From positions 14,364 through 78,363 of IMG/VR virus record IMGVR_UViG_3300027759_000074: a stretch of 64,000 nt of DNA. One strand, written 5' to 3'. The position numbers were made by a program, and so were the translations under genes. The first letter of the stretch is position 1, and the number at the start of each line of letters is the position of its first letter. Of this stretch, positions 54,348-64,000 are shown piece after piece. Under the pieces are notes generated by a model. The model saw nothing but the letters and a program-made list of their open reading frames with translations, was not told where the DNA came from and searched no databases. Source of the DNA: a virus.

Positions 54348-55784
54348 ATGGCAACACATCAACTAGCTAAAGGCTTAGCTTCCCTAGGTAGACATGGCGA
54401 CTCTATGCTTATGCATGTTAGCCCCTCTGAAGTAGCGGGTTTACAGCGATTAGGTAAAATGACAGGTCATAAACTACATACTAATCCTCATACAGGTATG
54501 CCTGAAGCTTTTGATTTTGGTGACTTTTTATCTAATTTATTACCCACTGCTGTAGCTATTGCGTTAGCTCCTGAAACAGGTGGCGCTTCTTTAACTACTC
54601 TTCCTGAAACTATGGCTGCTAATGTGGCAACGACTGCGGCAACAAATGCTGCGACTAATATAGCAATGGCTCCGATTATTGGCGGTATGGCAACGGGTGC
54701 TGCGGTAGCAGGTGCTAAAGGTCAAGATCCTTTAATGGGCGGTTTGATGGGTGGCATAAGTGGTTATGGTGCACAGGGTTTATCTAAAGCATTTAATAAT
54801 ATGGCGGGTATGACCCCAACAGCTGATATGGGTACTACTGCATTAAAAGATTCTGCAGGTAATGTAGTAGAGCAAATTAAATCAGCCGGTATGGATGCAA
54901 TTCCACAAGGCGCTTCTACTGAGTTATACTCTGCTCCAGGCGTAGTAGGAGACGTAGTACGAACAGGTGTTCCAAATCAAGCATTAGCTGCAAATTCTGG
55001 TGTATCTAATTTATTAGGTAGCGCAGGTACGAATTTAGGTAACGTAGCATCAGGTTTAGGTGATTTTGCTAAAAACCCTTTTGATACTTATAATAAGTTT
55101 ACATCCCCTGCTGTAGGTGGATCTGGTATGCAATTAGCAACTACTTTTGGTCTTCCAGCTTTATCTGCTATGCAACCTGAACCGTTCGACATGGCTGCGG
55201 AAGAAGAAAAACGTAAGGCAGAAGAAAACAAATACAGAGATCCAATTACAGGCAAACTTAATTTATTACAAGCATCTCCTGGTTTAAGACTTGCTACAGG
55301 TGGTACTATAGGTTCAAATCAAAGCACTATAGCTTCAGGGGGTTTACAAGATTTGTATGGGTCTAATGATAATACAACTGGCGCAGCATTAAGTAAAGAC
55401 GGTTATGGTATTGGTAGACTAGCTAATTTAGCAGCACAGGGTTCTATTGCAAAAGCACAAGATACATTCTATGCTGCTGGTGGTCCAATTGCTTTCGCAG
55501 ATGGTGGAATATTTGAATTAGAAGCAGCTAAGGGTGGTTATTTAGATGGTGCTGGCGATGGTATGAGTGATTCAATTCCTGGTACAATAGAAGGAAAACA
55601 ACCTGCTCGTTTAGCGGACGGTGAATTTGTAATTCCTGCAGATGTGGTAAGTCATTTAGGTAATGGTTCTTCTAAAGCAGGCTCGCAAAGACTATATTCA
55701 ATGCTAGATAAAGTAAGAAAAGCAAGAACGGGTCATACTAAACAAGGTAAAGAAATCAACCCTAATAAATACATGCCTGCATGA
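54348..55784 (+). CDS. Internal virion/ejection protein with multiple xxGG motifs
   Basis: GRHGDSML..NPHTGMPE N-terminal domain, Gly/Ala membrane-like segments, GDGMSDSIP..LADGEFVIPAD C-terminal domain. Confidence 0.65.
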   Translation: MATHQLAKGLASLGRHGDSMLMHVSPSEVAGLQRLGKMTGHKLHTNPHTGMPEAFDFGDFLSNLLPTAVAIALAPETGGASLTTLPETMAANVATTAATNAATNIAMAPIIGGMATGAAVAGAKGQDPLMGGLMGGISGYGAQGLSKAFNNMAGMTPTADMGTTALKDSAGNVVEQIKSAGMDAIPQGASTELYSAPGVVGDVVRTGVPNQALAANSGVSNLLGSAGTNLGNVASGLGDFAKNPFDTYNKFTSPAVGGSGMQLATTFGLPALSAMQPEPFDMAAEEEKRKAEENKYRDPITGKLNLLQASPGLRLATGGTIGSNQSTIASGGLQDLYGSNDNTTGAALSKDGYGIGRLANLAAQGSIAKAQDTFYAAGGPIAFADGGIFELEAAKGGYLDGAGDGMSDSIPGTIEGKQPARLADGEFVIPADVVSHLGNGSSKAGSQRLYSMLDKVRKARTGHTKQGKEINPNKYMPA

Positions 55785-56191
55785 AACAACTACACATAGT
55801 TAATCCCGACTATATGTATCAAATATGGGATAAGATAGAACCGTTTTTTGATAGAGCTATGCTAGCTGGTACAGACGATTACAATGTTGACCAGTTAAAA
55901 ATGTTGCTCGTTGAAGGTAAACAAGTTTTATTTGTGGTTGTTGAAAATGAACAGATTATTGGCGCGTTAGCAGTAGAGCTTATTAATTACCCAAATCATA
56001 GAGTAGCATATACATCAGCGATAGGTGGTAAAGATTTATTTGATGAAGATACTACTAAGCAATATGAAGATTGGGCTAGATCTCAAGGCGCAACTAAAAT
56101 TAGAGCATTTGCAAAAGATGCACAAGCAAGATTATATAAAATGAAAATGGGATTTGACATTGTAACGCACGTCGTGGAGAAAAAAATATGA
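55781..56191 (+). CDS. GNAT-like protein of the ejection module
   Basis: WARSQGATKIR..ARLYKMKMGF; position comparable to T7 gp13. Confidence 0.55.
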   Translation: MKQLHIVNPDYMYQIWDKIEPFFDRAMLAGTDDYNVDQLKMLLVEGKQVLFVVVENEQIIGALAVELINYPNHRVAYTSAIGGKDLFDEDTTKQYEDWARSQGATKIRAFAKDAQARLYKMKMGFDIVTHVVEKKI

Positions 56192-57282
56192 TTAATATGT
56201 TTAACTGGGTAGATAAATTAGTAGGCTACTTCACACTTAATTTTGGCGGTGGAGGTGGAGGTTCACAAACTTCTACAGGTACTACTTATACTTCTAATAT
56301 TCCTGAATACGCTAAGCCGTTCTATGAACAGGCTATGGTTGAGTCAGCTAAGAATGTATTTAATACAGATGCATCAGGCGCTGTTACAGGTGTTAAAGGA
56401 ATGCCTACTTATACAGGCGAAAGAGTTGCGGGATTTACTCCAGGTCAAGTTGGCGTTCAAAGTGAAATTGCAGGTCTTACACAACCAGGCGGTTTTGCAA
56501 CTGCTAATACTGGTTTAGGTATGGGTTCAGGTTTAGGTTATGGAACAGCAGGAGCTGGCTTATCAAAAGCATTGGGTTATACGCCTACTTCAGTTTATGG
56601 AGGTACTTTTACTCCTGGTATGGCATCTTATTATGGTGATCCGTATCAACAAAATGTTACAGATATTGCGTTAAGAGAAGGTCGTCGTCAAGGTGACATC
56701 GCTAAATCAGAAGGTGCATTAGGTGCTATTAAGCGTGGTACATTCGGTGGCGCTAGAAATACTTTAATGCAAGCCGAACAAGAAAGAAACTTACAACAAA
56801 ATTTAGCCGACATTCAAGCTAAAGGAAGTCAAGCTGGATTTCAATCTGCTCAACAACAGTTTAATGCAGATGCTGCAAGGCAATTACAAGCACAACAAGC
56901 TAATCAACAAGCGCAACAAGGTGCAGCACAGCTTGCAGGTCAAACAGGTCTTGGTGGACTTACTGCAGGTCTTGAAGCTTCACATCAACAAGCAGTTACA
57001 GCAGCAGCGCAACAAACATCTAATCTTGAAAGACTTAAAACACAGGCTGCAAGCGAAGGTGAGAAACAAGCACTACAACAAAAAATTGATGATCTTCAAT
57101 ATCAAACAGCAATGGAACAACGCGACTGGGAAAAGAAACAACTCGAGTTTTACAATGCTATGTTACACGGTACAGCTGGTTTGGCACAAACACAAGTCAA
57201 CTATGCTCCTCAACCTTCCGGTATATCACAACTTGGTGGAATTGGTTTAGGCGCGCTTGGTCTCTCTAAAGCTTTAGGATAA
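56188..57282 (+). CDS. DNA ejection/transfer protein
   Basis: GGGGGGSQTS, DPYQQNV, GTFGGAR, Q/A-rich coiled coil and Gly-zipper C-terminus. Confidence 0.7.
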   Translation: MINMFNWVDKLVGYFTLNFGGGGGGSQTSTGTTYTSNIPEYAKPFYEQAMVESAKNVFNTDASGAVTGVKGMPTYTGERVAGFTPGQVGVQSEIAGLTQPGGFATANTGLGMGSGLGYGTAGAGLSKALGYTPTSVYGGTFTPGMASYYGDPYQQNVTDIALREGRRQGDIAKSEGALGAIKRGTFGGARNTLMQAEQERNLQQNLADIQAKGSQAGFQSAQQQFNADAARQLQAQQANQQAQQGAAQLAGQTGLGGLTAGLEASHQQAVTAAAQQTSNLERLKTQAASEGEKQALQQKIDDLQYQTAMEQRDWEKKQLEFYNAMLHGTAGLAQTQVNYAPQPSGISQLGGIGLGALGLSKALG

Positions 57283-57291
57283 GGATAAAGT

Positions 57292-58749
57292 ATGAATCTT
57301 TTAAAAATACAAGATATGCTTAAAGGTGCCCCTGACCATGCGTTGGTAGGCTATGTTCAAAATCCTAGTGGTCAAGTACCTACTTATTTAGCATTGAGTG
57401 AATTGCAACGTAGAAAAGAAATGCGTGCTTCGTATCAAGCAAATAAACCAGAAGAAAAATCAGTTGCAGAAGATTTAGTTCAAGAATCTGAACCACAACC
57501 AGGTATTGCTGCTTTACCAGAAGGTCAACCTATGCAACAAGCTATGGCTCCACAACCTGAAATGCCTGTGCAACAAATGGCACAAGGTGGACTAGCTGAT
57601 TTAAGTATGGATAATCAAATGTTCAATGAAGAGAATTATGCAACAGGTGGTATCGTTGCGTTTGCTGGTAATGGACCAGAAGGTTCTTATGTTAATCCGT
57701 CCCTTTATGAAGAGCCTGAAGAAAATTTATCTTGGTGGGAAAAACAAAAACGCGCCATTGCTAAAGAAAAAGCTAGACGTGGACAAATTGCAGTTGAAGA
57801 AAATGTAAGGCGTAGAGACTTATTTGGTCCTAAAGGCGGATATATTCCGGAAGTAAGCCCAATGCTAACTGATAAAGAAGTTGCAATCGCTAATGCTAAT
57901 CCTCCTGTTCCCGGAGTAGATAATACAGTTAGGGCATCAGATCTTCCGGCTGCTTCTAAAAGTCAAGTAGGTTATGCTCCTCCCAAATTAAATATTCCTG
58001 AAGCGCTTACTATAGATAAAGCTATGGAAGACCGCAAGAGAGCTATGGAATTAGCTGGTGTACCTACAGATTTTTATGAGAAACAAGCTGAACTTAATAA
58101 AACAGATAGAGAAGCATTAAAAGCGGATAGAGAACAAGCTGGCTGGATGGCATTAGCCCGAGCAGGTTTTGGTGCAGCTGCTGGTAAATCTCCATTTGCT
58201 TTACAAAATCTTGCTGAAGGTGCCGTTCAAGGTGCTGAACAATATGGTAAAGATGTTAAAGATATTAAAGCAGAACAAAGACTTCTTAAACAAGCGGATC
58301 AAAAACTTGCTGAAGCTCAGTACCTACAACAACGTGGTGACGCTGAAGGCGCAATGAAAAAGATTAGCGAACGAGAAGCTCTTATGCAAGACTATAAAAA
58401 ATTGGAATATTCAGGTAACATTCAACTTCAAGCTGCTAATATCGCTGCATCCAAACCTACTGATATGGGCATGTTGCTTAATGAAGCTAGAAAAGATACT
58501 AAATATTATACTAAGAAAGATGGTAAAGCTGTGTTTGATCTTTCTAAAGCGCTCGATGATATTAAAGGATACGGAAATAAAGTTGATATCGCTACATTAA
58601 AAACTCTTAGTGACGAGCTTAAAACTACATTTGATCCTACTAAGAGGGCAGAAATTCAAGCTAAGATTGACTCAATTATGTCTGGTAGTAGTGATGCTTC
58701 AATAAATTCAGCAATTCCATCCGGCGTTAAGGTAACAAGAACTCAATAA
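57292..58749 (+). CDS. DNA ejection protein
   Basis: Helical; MAQGG and YATGG motifs; position. Confidence 0.6.
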   Translation: MNLLKIQDMLKGAPDHALVGYVQNPSGQVPTYLALSELQRRKEMRASYQANKPEEKSVAEDLVQESEPQPGIAALPEGQPMQQAMAPQPEMPVQQMAQGGLADLSMDNQMFNEENYATGGIVAFAGNGPEGSYVNPSLYEEPEENLSWWEKQKRAIAKEKARRGQIAVEENVRRRDLFGPKGGYIPEVSPMLTDKEVAIANANPPVPGVDNTVRASDLPAASKSQVGYAPPKLNIPEALTIDKAMEDRKRAMELAGVPTDFYEKQAELNKTDREALKADREQAGWMALARAGFGAAAGKSPFALQNLAEGAVQGAEQYGKDVKDIKAEQRLLKQADQKLAEAQYLQQRGDAEGAMKKISEREALMQDYKKLEYSGNIQLQAANIAASKPTDMGMLLNEARKDTKYYTKKDGKAVFDLSKALDDIKGYGNKVDIATLKTLSDELKTTFDPTKRAEIQAKIDSIMSGSSDASINSAIPSGVKVTRTQ

Positions 58750-58751
58750 AA

Positions 58752-61700
58752 ATGCCTTCATATAAAATAGATATTCCGGGTCAAGGTTCGTTTAACATTG
58801 ACTCTCCCTCGGAATTAACTGATACCCAAGTATACCAAGCTGTCCAACAACAGTTACAAATAGAAGCTCAACCCCAAACTGCGGGTATAGGTGAAGCTTT
58901 AAAAGGCGGAACTAAACGCCTAGTAGAGTCTATACGTACAGGTATAGAAGCTCCGTTTATTGGTGGTGAAGAAGCAGCTCAAAAAGGTATTGCTCGTCAA
59001 GAAGCTATTAAAGAAAAACCTGCTGCAAGTCTAGATGAAATTAAACGCATCTACGAACAAAAAGGTTTACTCCCTGCCGCAAAAGAAGCTATCTCACAAC
59101 TCCCTGCGGGCATAGCAGAACAAGCCCCATTCATTGGTACTATGTTAGGCGGTGCTAGATTAGGTGCTATGGTAGGCGGTGTGCCAGGTGCATTAATTGG
59201 TGCTGCAGTGTCTCCATTCCTTTCAGCTGCTGGATCTAATATTGAACGTCAAGCACAAGAAGATATTAAAGCAGGGCGTCCTATTGATGTTAGTCGAGCT
59301 AAAGCATATGCTGCGGCATTGCCTCAAGCAGCTCTTGATGTAGGTGCTATGGAATTAGGGTTAGGTAAAGCTTTAGGTATTAGCAAGATGGGTACTGAAG
59401 CTGCAGAAAAAATGGCAACGGAATCATTAAAAAAATCTATTGCTATAGGTATTGGTAAAACTGCATTAGCTGAAGTTCCTACAGAAGTTATCCAACAAAT
59501 GTTAGAGAGATCCCAAGCTGGACTTTCTTTAACTACTCCCGACGCATTAAAAGAATATAAAGACACAGCATATCAAGCAGTATTATTATCTCCGTTAGGA
59601 GGTGCTGCACGTATTGCAGAACGAGGAGAAGCCAAACAAAAAGTAGAGGCATTGGCTAATCTAGGTGCAGATCAACAACGAGCTTATGAAGAATCAATTA
59701 GAGCTGAACAAGTTGCTAAGCTTAAAAATGACATTGAAGAAATGCAAAGACAAAAAGCAATTCAAGATGCTATTCTTCCACCAGAACAATATAAATTATT
59801 GGCTGCTCCTAAACAAGAGCCTATTGTAGCTACATCAACAGAAGCTTTAGGTACAGAAAAACAAATAGAAGAATATTTAAAAACTGTCCCTGAAGAACAA
59901 CAAGTATCAGAACGTGCAAGGCTTATGGGCATGGCAGCGCAGCCTATTCAATCAATTATTTCTAATAAAACATTACAAGATTTAGGTATTGGTAAATCAG
60001 CTATAATTAGAAAGAATGGAATATTACAAAATTTAGATTTAACTATTCCAGAAAAAGCTCAAGAAGCTGTAAATATTTTAACTGCTTATAAAGATACAAC
60101 AGGCGTTAATAAGAATACTAAAGCTAAAGTAGAAGAATATATTGCTAACATTCCTAATTTAATAGAGGCAGCTAAAAATGAAAGATTGGTCACCGAAGGA
60201 TCTAGAGATAATCTTCAAGTATCTGGACAACCCGTATCAGGAGAAGTTTCCTCTACAGCTCAAGGAGAGCTCGGAAATGGAGTTACTGACCTTGCAGACG
60301 TTACTGGAAGACTTGAAGGACGAACAGAGGCACAGCCCGCTGCACTAGCACCTGAAACTACTGAAGTAATGAAATCCGCAGAAGAGCTTGCACCTACTAC
60401 GGAAGAAGTTGCTCCTACAGAAACAATATCTCCTACTGCAACTGGAGAAACACAACTAGCTAAAGACGAAGTAACTACTACATCAGAAACTCCAGAAACA
60501 ATTCTAGCTGCTCTCAAAGAACGTTTCGGTAATAATATTAATAAAGCTATAGAAAGAAAAGAAGTCAAGCTTATTACGAGTGATGAGGTACCAACAGATA
60601 TAGCGCCTGATGCAGTGGCTTATTATAATAAGGGTATTGCTCATTTAATCACCGATAGACTATCTAAAGAAGAAGCTCCTCGTAAGATACTACACGAAGT
60701 AGGTGTTCACTATGGTCTTGAAGGCATGGCGGGCAAGAATTTATATCGAGATATTCTACGTACTATTAATAGACTTAAAGATACAGATAAAGATGTAAGA
60801 GCTGCTCACGAGCATGTTAATAATAAATATAAAGAGTTAACTCAAGGTAGTCAGCCGCATCTAGAAGAAGTACTTGCGCGTCTTGGAGAGTCCGCACCTA
60901 ATCATAATCTATGGCGTCGTATTGTTGCTGCTGTTAAAGACTTCTTATTTAAAAAAGGTTTATGGAATGTTAACCGCATGGATGTTAGAGATATTCATGA
61001 TTTAATTAATCGGTCTACTGCAAGATCATTAGCGGGTAAAATTAAACCAGCTAAAACTACAGAAGTTAAATATGCTAAAGAAGAAGCTCAAGAAGTATCT
61101 CCTGAATATCAAGGCACTAGTATATTTGCTCCGCCAAAAGAAAAAGAAGGCGGTAATTTTAAAGAGCATGTAGAAGATTTTAAAAACTTTAAATTTGATA
61201 AAGATACAAGAGAAGACTTATTCTTAAAAGGTAGAATTAAAGTTGCTTATTCAGGTGCAGGCGTACAAAGCAAATTAATGGATGACTTTAATGGTGCAGT
61301 AAATAACGCGTTGAAGGGTGTTCGTGCTGACGTATTAATGAGCCAAGCTTTAAATAGTAATATTTTAGGGTCTGAATCAGCTAAAACAGGATATGTAGAT
61401 TTTGATGATCTTAATATAGCGCGTGTTGTAGCTAACGAAAATAATCTAGCTAACATTAATGAAGAGATTGCTAAACTAGCAGAGCGACTCGGTCCTGAAA
61501 ATGCTAAACATGTAACTCAGGCTTACTTATTAGGACTACGTTATCAATATGAATTAGATGAAAATAATAGACTTGAGACACAAGCTAAAAAAGAAGAATC
61601 AGAAGGTAAGAAAGCAACAGCTGCCAAGACAAGAGAAGGTAAAACTAAAATAACAGAAGAGCAGCAAGCAGCAATTCCAGAAGCATTAAGCTATGGGGAG

Positions 61701-63773
61701 AAGTATTCTGAAGTAAAACGCGTTGCGGAAATGTATAAAGTTTTCAATGATAACGATACTAACATGCTAGAAAAAGCAGGTATCTATTCTAAAGATCAAG
61801 CAGAACGCTACAGAAAAACAAGAGGCTACGTACCCCTATTTAGATTAATGGATGAAATGGAAAGATCTAATCCTGGCGCACGTCAATTCTTTAGAGGCTT
61901 TGCAGATGTAGGTCGTGAGTATGCATTTGAAGGTTCTGAAAGACAAGTACTAGATGTATTTGATAATATGTTAACGCGTCATATGTGGGCGGTTAATGCT
62001 GCTGTTAGAAATAAAGCTAATCAACAAGTTGCTAAACAGCTTGCAGTAAGAAATGAAAACAATAAGGTAGAACTTCATGAATATATTAATCCTGAAAAAA
62101 TTGATAGAATGGCTCCGGTCTTTGTCAATGGTCGACGTAAGTTTGTTGAGTATACAGATCCTAATTTTGCTATTGCTATACATGGGGCTGAGCCCGCGCT
62201 AGGTCCTATCCTAGGTATGTTTGGTACAGCAAGTAGAGCACTTCGTATCGGTGTAACTTCATTACCTCCGTTCCAAGTTTATCAAGTATTTAATGATGCA
62301 ACTCGTGCAGCTATGTTATCAGGTGTTAAGAGCCCATTTAAACTTATGGCTAGAGTCATCGGAAGCTTCGGCACAATTCTTAAAGACCAAACGAATGACC
62401 CTATCTCAATTGAAATGAGACGATTAGGTATTAGTGGTGGCTATGGTCACACAGCGTTAGAAGTCTCTGACAAGATGCGCCGCGATCTAAATTTAAAAAC
62501 AAATACAATAATGAAACAAGCTCTAGATAAAGCAGAGAAATTTGCAGCTGCATCTGATATGGCACAACGTAGAGCTATTTATATTCAAACTTTATTAGAA
62601 TCAGGCGGTACTCAAAACCCTGACGGCTCTATATCAGGCGGCAATAAAGTATTAGCTATGCATCGGGCTATGGATATTATTAACTGGCAGAAGCATGGAA
62701 CGTCCGGCAAACTAAGAATTTTATCCCAAGTTGTTCCGTTTATGAATGCATACATTCAAGGCATGGATGTTTTAATCGGTGCTATGCGCGGAGAAGCAAT
62801 TAGTGGGCAGGCTAAAAAAGAAGCTAAAGCTCTATTCGTACAAACAGCTATTAAGATTGCGGCTCTGTCTATGGTATATGCAATGTTAATTGCGGACGAT
62901 GATGAGTATCAAAAGCTTGATGATAGAACTAAAGTAAGATCCTTTATTATCCCAGGTGCAGGTATTAAGATTCCTGTGTCTGCTGAAGTTGCGCTATTAA
63001 CAAAAGCAATTCCAGAACTTATGTATCAGTATGTTACTCGTGAGGGTACAGCAAGTCCAATGGATGCTACTAAATTACGTAATGAAATTGGCGTAGCTTT
63101 TCTTGATGGGTTATTAGGTCCTAATTTATTACCTCAAGTTGCACGTCCTACATTAGAAGCTATAACTAATTATAATTTCTTAACAGGTAATCCTCTTGTA
63201 GGTAGAGGCTTAGATAAGTTAAGAACCTCTGATCAGTTTACAGAAAATACTTCTGAACTTGCTAAACTTATTGGTAAGTCCGGACTTATCTCGCCGTTAA
63301 AAATAGATCATTTAATGAAGGGGTATGGAGGCACTGCAGTTTCAGGTGTACTTTATGGCACTGATGCAATAGCTAATGTGTTCTACGAAGATAAATTACC
63401 TACAACTCCATTGCATAAAGTTCCAAGTATTGGTTCATTCTTCTATAACCCTAATGGTAAAGACCAACTCAATGATTACTATGACCTTAAGGATAGAGTA
63501 GAAGAGGTAGTAACTACATACAATCGACTAGTGAAGTTTGGACATCAAAGTGAAGCATTTGAATACGCAATGGAAAATAAAGAGATGATGTCTGTTAAGT
63601 CTCAAGTTAGTGCGCTTAATACTAGCATGACTAAACTACGTGACTTCCGTAAAGCAGTTATTAATAGCAACATGGATTCCGGTGCTAAGCGTGACCAGCT
63701 AGATAAGATTGACCTTCAAATTAACGCTATGGTTAAAAACATAGGAATGCTAAGGGTTCAAGCAGGACTTTAA
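58752..63773 (+). CDS. Large internal virion/ejection protein (polyvalent-like; HExxxH; LPD38-like C-terminus)
   Basis: 1673 aa; Gly/Ala TM-like region, LHEVGVHYG, VPFMNAYIQG and NYNFLTGNPLV. Confidence 0.7.
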   Translation: MPSYKIDIPGQGSFNIDSPSELTDTQVYQAVQQQLQIEAQPQTAGIGEALKGGTKRLVESIRTGIEAPFIGGEEAAQKGIARQEAIKEKPAASLDEIKRIYEQKGLLPAAKEAISQLPAGIAEQAPFIGTMLGGARLGAMVGGVPGALIGAAVSPFLSAAGSNIERQAQEDIKAGRPIDVSRAKAYAAALPQAALDVGAMELGLGKALGISKMGTEAAEKMATESLKKSIAIGIGKTALAEVPTEVIQQMLERSQAGLSLTTPDALKEYKDTAYQAVLLSPLGGAARIAERGEAKQKVEALANLGADQQRAYEESIRAEQVAKLKNDIEEMQRQKAIQDAILPPEQYKLLAAPKQEPIVATSTEALGTEKQIEEYLKTVPEEQQVSERARLMGMAAQPIQSIISNKTLQDLGIGKSAIIRKNGILQNLDLTIPEKAQEAVNILTAYKDTTGVNKNTKAKVEEYIANIPNLIEAAKNERLVTEGSRDNLQVSGQPVSGEVSSTAQGELGNGVTDLADVTGRLEGRTEAQPAALAPETTEVMKSAEELAPTTEEVAPTETISPTATGETQLAKDEVTTTSETPETILAALKERFGNNINKAIERKEVKLITSDEVPTDIAPDAVAYYNKGIAHLITDRLSKEEAPRKILHEVGVHYGLEGMAGKNLYRDILRTINRLKDTDKDVRAAHEHVNNKYKELTQGSQPHLEEVLARLGESAPNHNLWRRIVAAVKDFLFKKGLWNVNRMDVRDIHDLINRSTARSLAGKIKPAKTTEVKYAKEEAQEVSPEYQGTSIFAPPKEKEGGNFKEHVEDFKNFKFDKDTREDLFLKGRIKVAYSGAGVQSKLMDDFNGAVNNALKGVRADVLMSQALNSNILGSESAKTGYVDFDDLNIARVVANENNLANINEEIAKLAERLGPENAKHVTQAYLLGLRYQYELDENNRLETQAKKEESEGKKATAAKTREGKTKITEEQQAAIPEALSYGEKYSEVKRVAEMYKVFNDNDTNMLEKAGIYSKDQAERYRKTRGYVPLFRLMDEMERSNPGARQFFRGFADVGREYAFEGSERQVLDVFDNMLTRHMWAVNAAVRNKANQQVAKQLAVRNENNKVELHEYINPEKIDRMAPVFVNGRRKFVEYTDPNFAIAIHGAEPALGPILGMFGTASRALRIGVTSLPPFQVYQVFNDATRAAMLSGVKSPFKLMARVIGSFGTILKDQTNDPISIEMRRLGISGGYGHTALEVSDKMRRDLNLKTNTIMKQALDKAEKFAAASDMAQRRAIYIQTLLESGGTQNPDGSISGGNKVLAMHRAMDIINWQKHGTSGKLRILSQVVPFMNAYIQGMDVLIGAMRGEAISGQAKKEAKALFVQTAIKIAALSMVYAMLIADDDEYQKLDDRTKVRSFIIPGAGIKIPVSAEVALLTKAIPELMYQYVTREGTASPMDATKLRNEIGVAFLDGLLGPNLLPQVARPTLEAITNYNFLTGNPLVGRGLDKLRTSDQFTENTSELAKLIGKSGLISPLKIDHLMKGYGGTAVSGVLYGTDAIANVFYEDKLPTTPLHKVPSIGSFFYNPNGKDQLNDYYDLKDRVEEVVTTYNRLVKFGHQSEAFEYAMENKEMMSVKSQVSALNTSMTKLRDFRKAVINSNMDSGAKRDQLDKIDLQINAMVKNIGMLRVQAGL

Positions 63774-63970
63774 GCAATACGCCAAGCTCTAACCCCAAGA
63801 CATTCGTCTTTCACAGTCACAAAAGCTTTTACTTTTACTCCCGCTCGTTTAGCACCCGATTCTAATGCGTAGATCATAGGTGCAGGCTTTAAGGTGGGGA
63901 CAAAGAAACTATCCCCTACACTCATTGCATCAAACGGAAATATCCACTCAGGTTCAGTAAGGTGACTCAG
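63770..63970 (-). CDS. Diverged second copy of 234..434 (not in track; CTG start)
   Basis: LSHLTEPEWIFPFDAMSVGDSFFVPTLKPAPMIYALESGAKRAGVKVKAFVTVKDECLGVRAWRIA; 46/66 identical to copy 1 by manual alignment. Confidence 0.8.
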   Translation of the reverse strand: MSHLTEPEWIFPFDAMSVGDSFFVPTLKPAPMIYALESGAKRAGVKVKAFVTVKDECLGVRAWRIA

Positions 63971-64000
63971 AATCTAATCCTTTTACATCATTTGGAATTG
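63954..64000 (-). CDS. Partial CDS: C-terminus of a second primase-helicase
   Basis: IPNDVKGLDSESPY* versus IPKDIIGGVVSEPA* in the same relative position. Confidence 0.55.
   Translation of the reverse strand, partial: IPNDVKGLDSESPY

Noticed and set aside
63540-64000. Direct terminal repeat or circular overlap with 1-460
   Set aside because: The sequences are clearly diverged rather than identical.
1-64000. tRNA, integrase, RNA polymerase, tape-measure gene or stop-codon reassignment
   Set aside because: None recognised by eye. Genes are intact under code 11 with TAA, TAG and TGA all used as stops. tRNAscan and HMM searches were not run.

Overview
One complete unit (about 63.5 kb) of an AT-rich, podovirus-like tailed phage genome. 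The likely host is a methylotrophic betaproteobacterium (Methylophilaceae), inferred from a phage-borne pqqA and erpA. The left arm (234-20830, minus strand) carries replication genes (primase-helicase, SNF2 helicase, family A polymerase, nucleases), small middle genes and a compositionally distinct early block (about 16.5-21.4 kb). A repeat-rich non-coding origin/terminus candidate lies at about 20.9-21.6 kb. The right arm (22803-63773, plus strand) carries terminase, portal, a GroES-like protein, scaffold, capsid, a cluster of small tagged proteins, a large fibre module with five Gly-rich paralogues, a lysis cassette and ejection proteins. No integrase, tRNA or CRISPR was seen. The two window ends are homologous but only about 70% identical at protein level, so the contig runs into a second, diverged copy. 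Main candidates for new biology: (1) a shared two-part peptide tag on otherwise unrelated virion-region proteins, one a small beta-barrel-like cargo; (2) an early block almost free of restriction-type motifs with strong strand polarity, bounded by a structured spacer; (3) an insulated pqqA unit; (4) a chained-pseudoknot leader RNA. All counts and alignments were done by eye and need computational confirmation.
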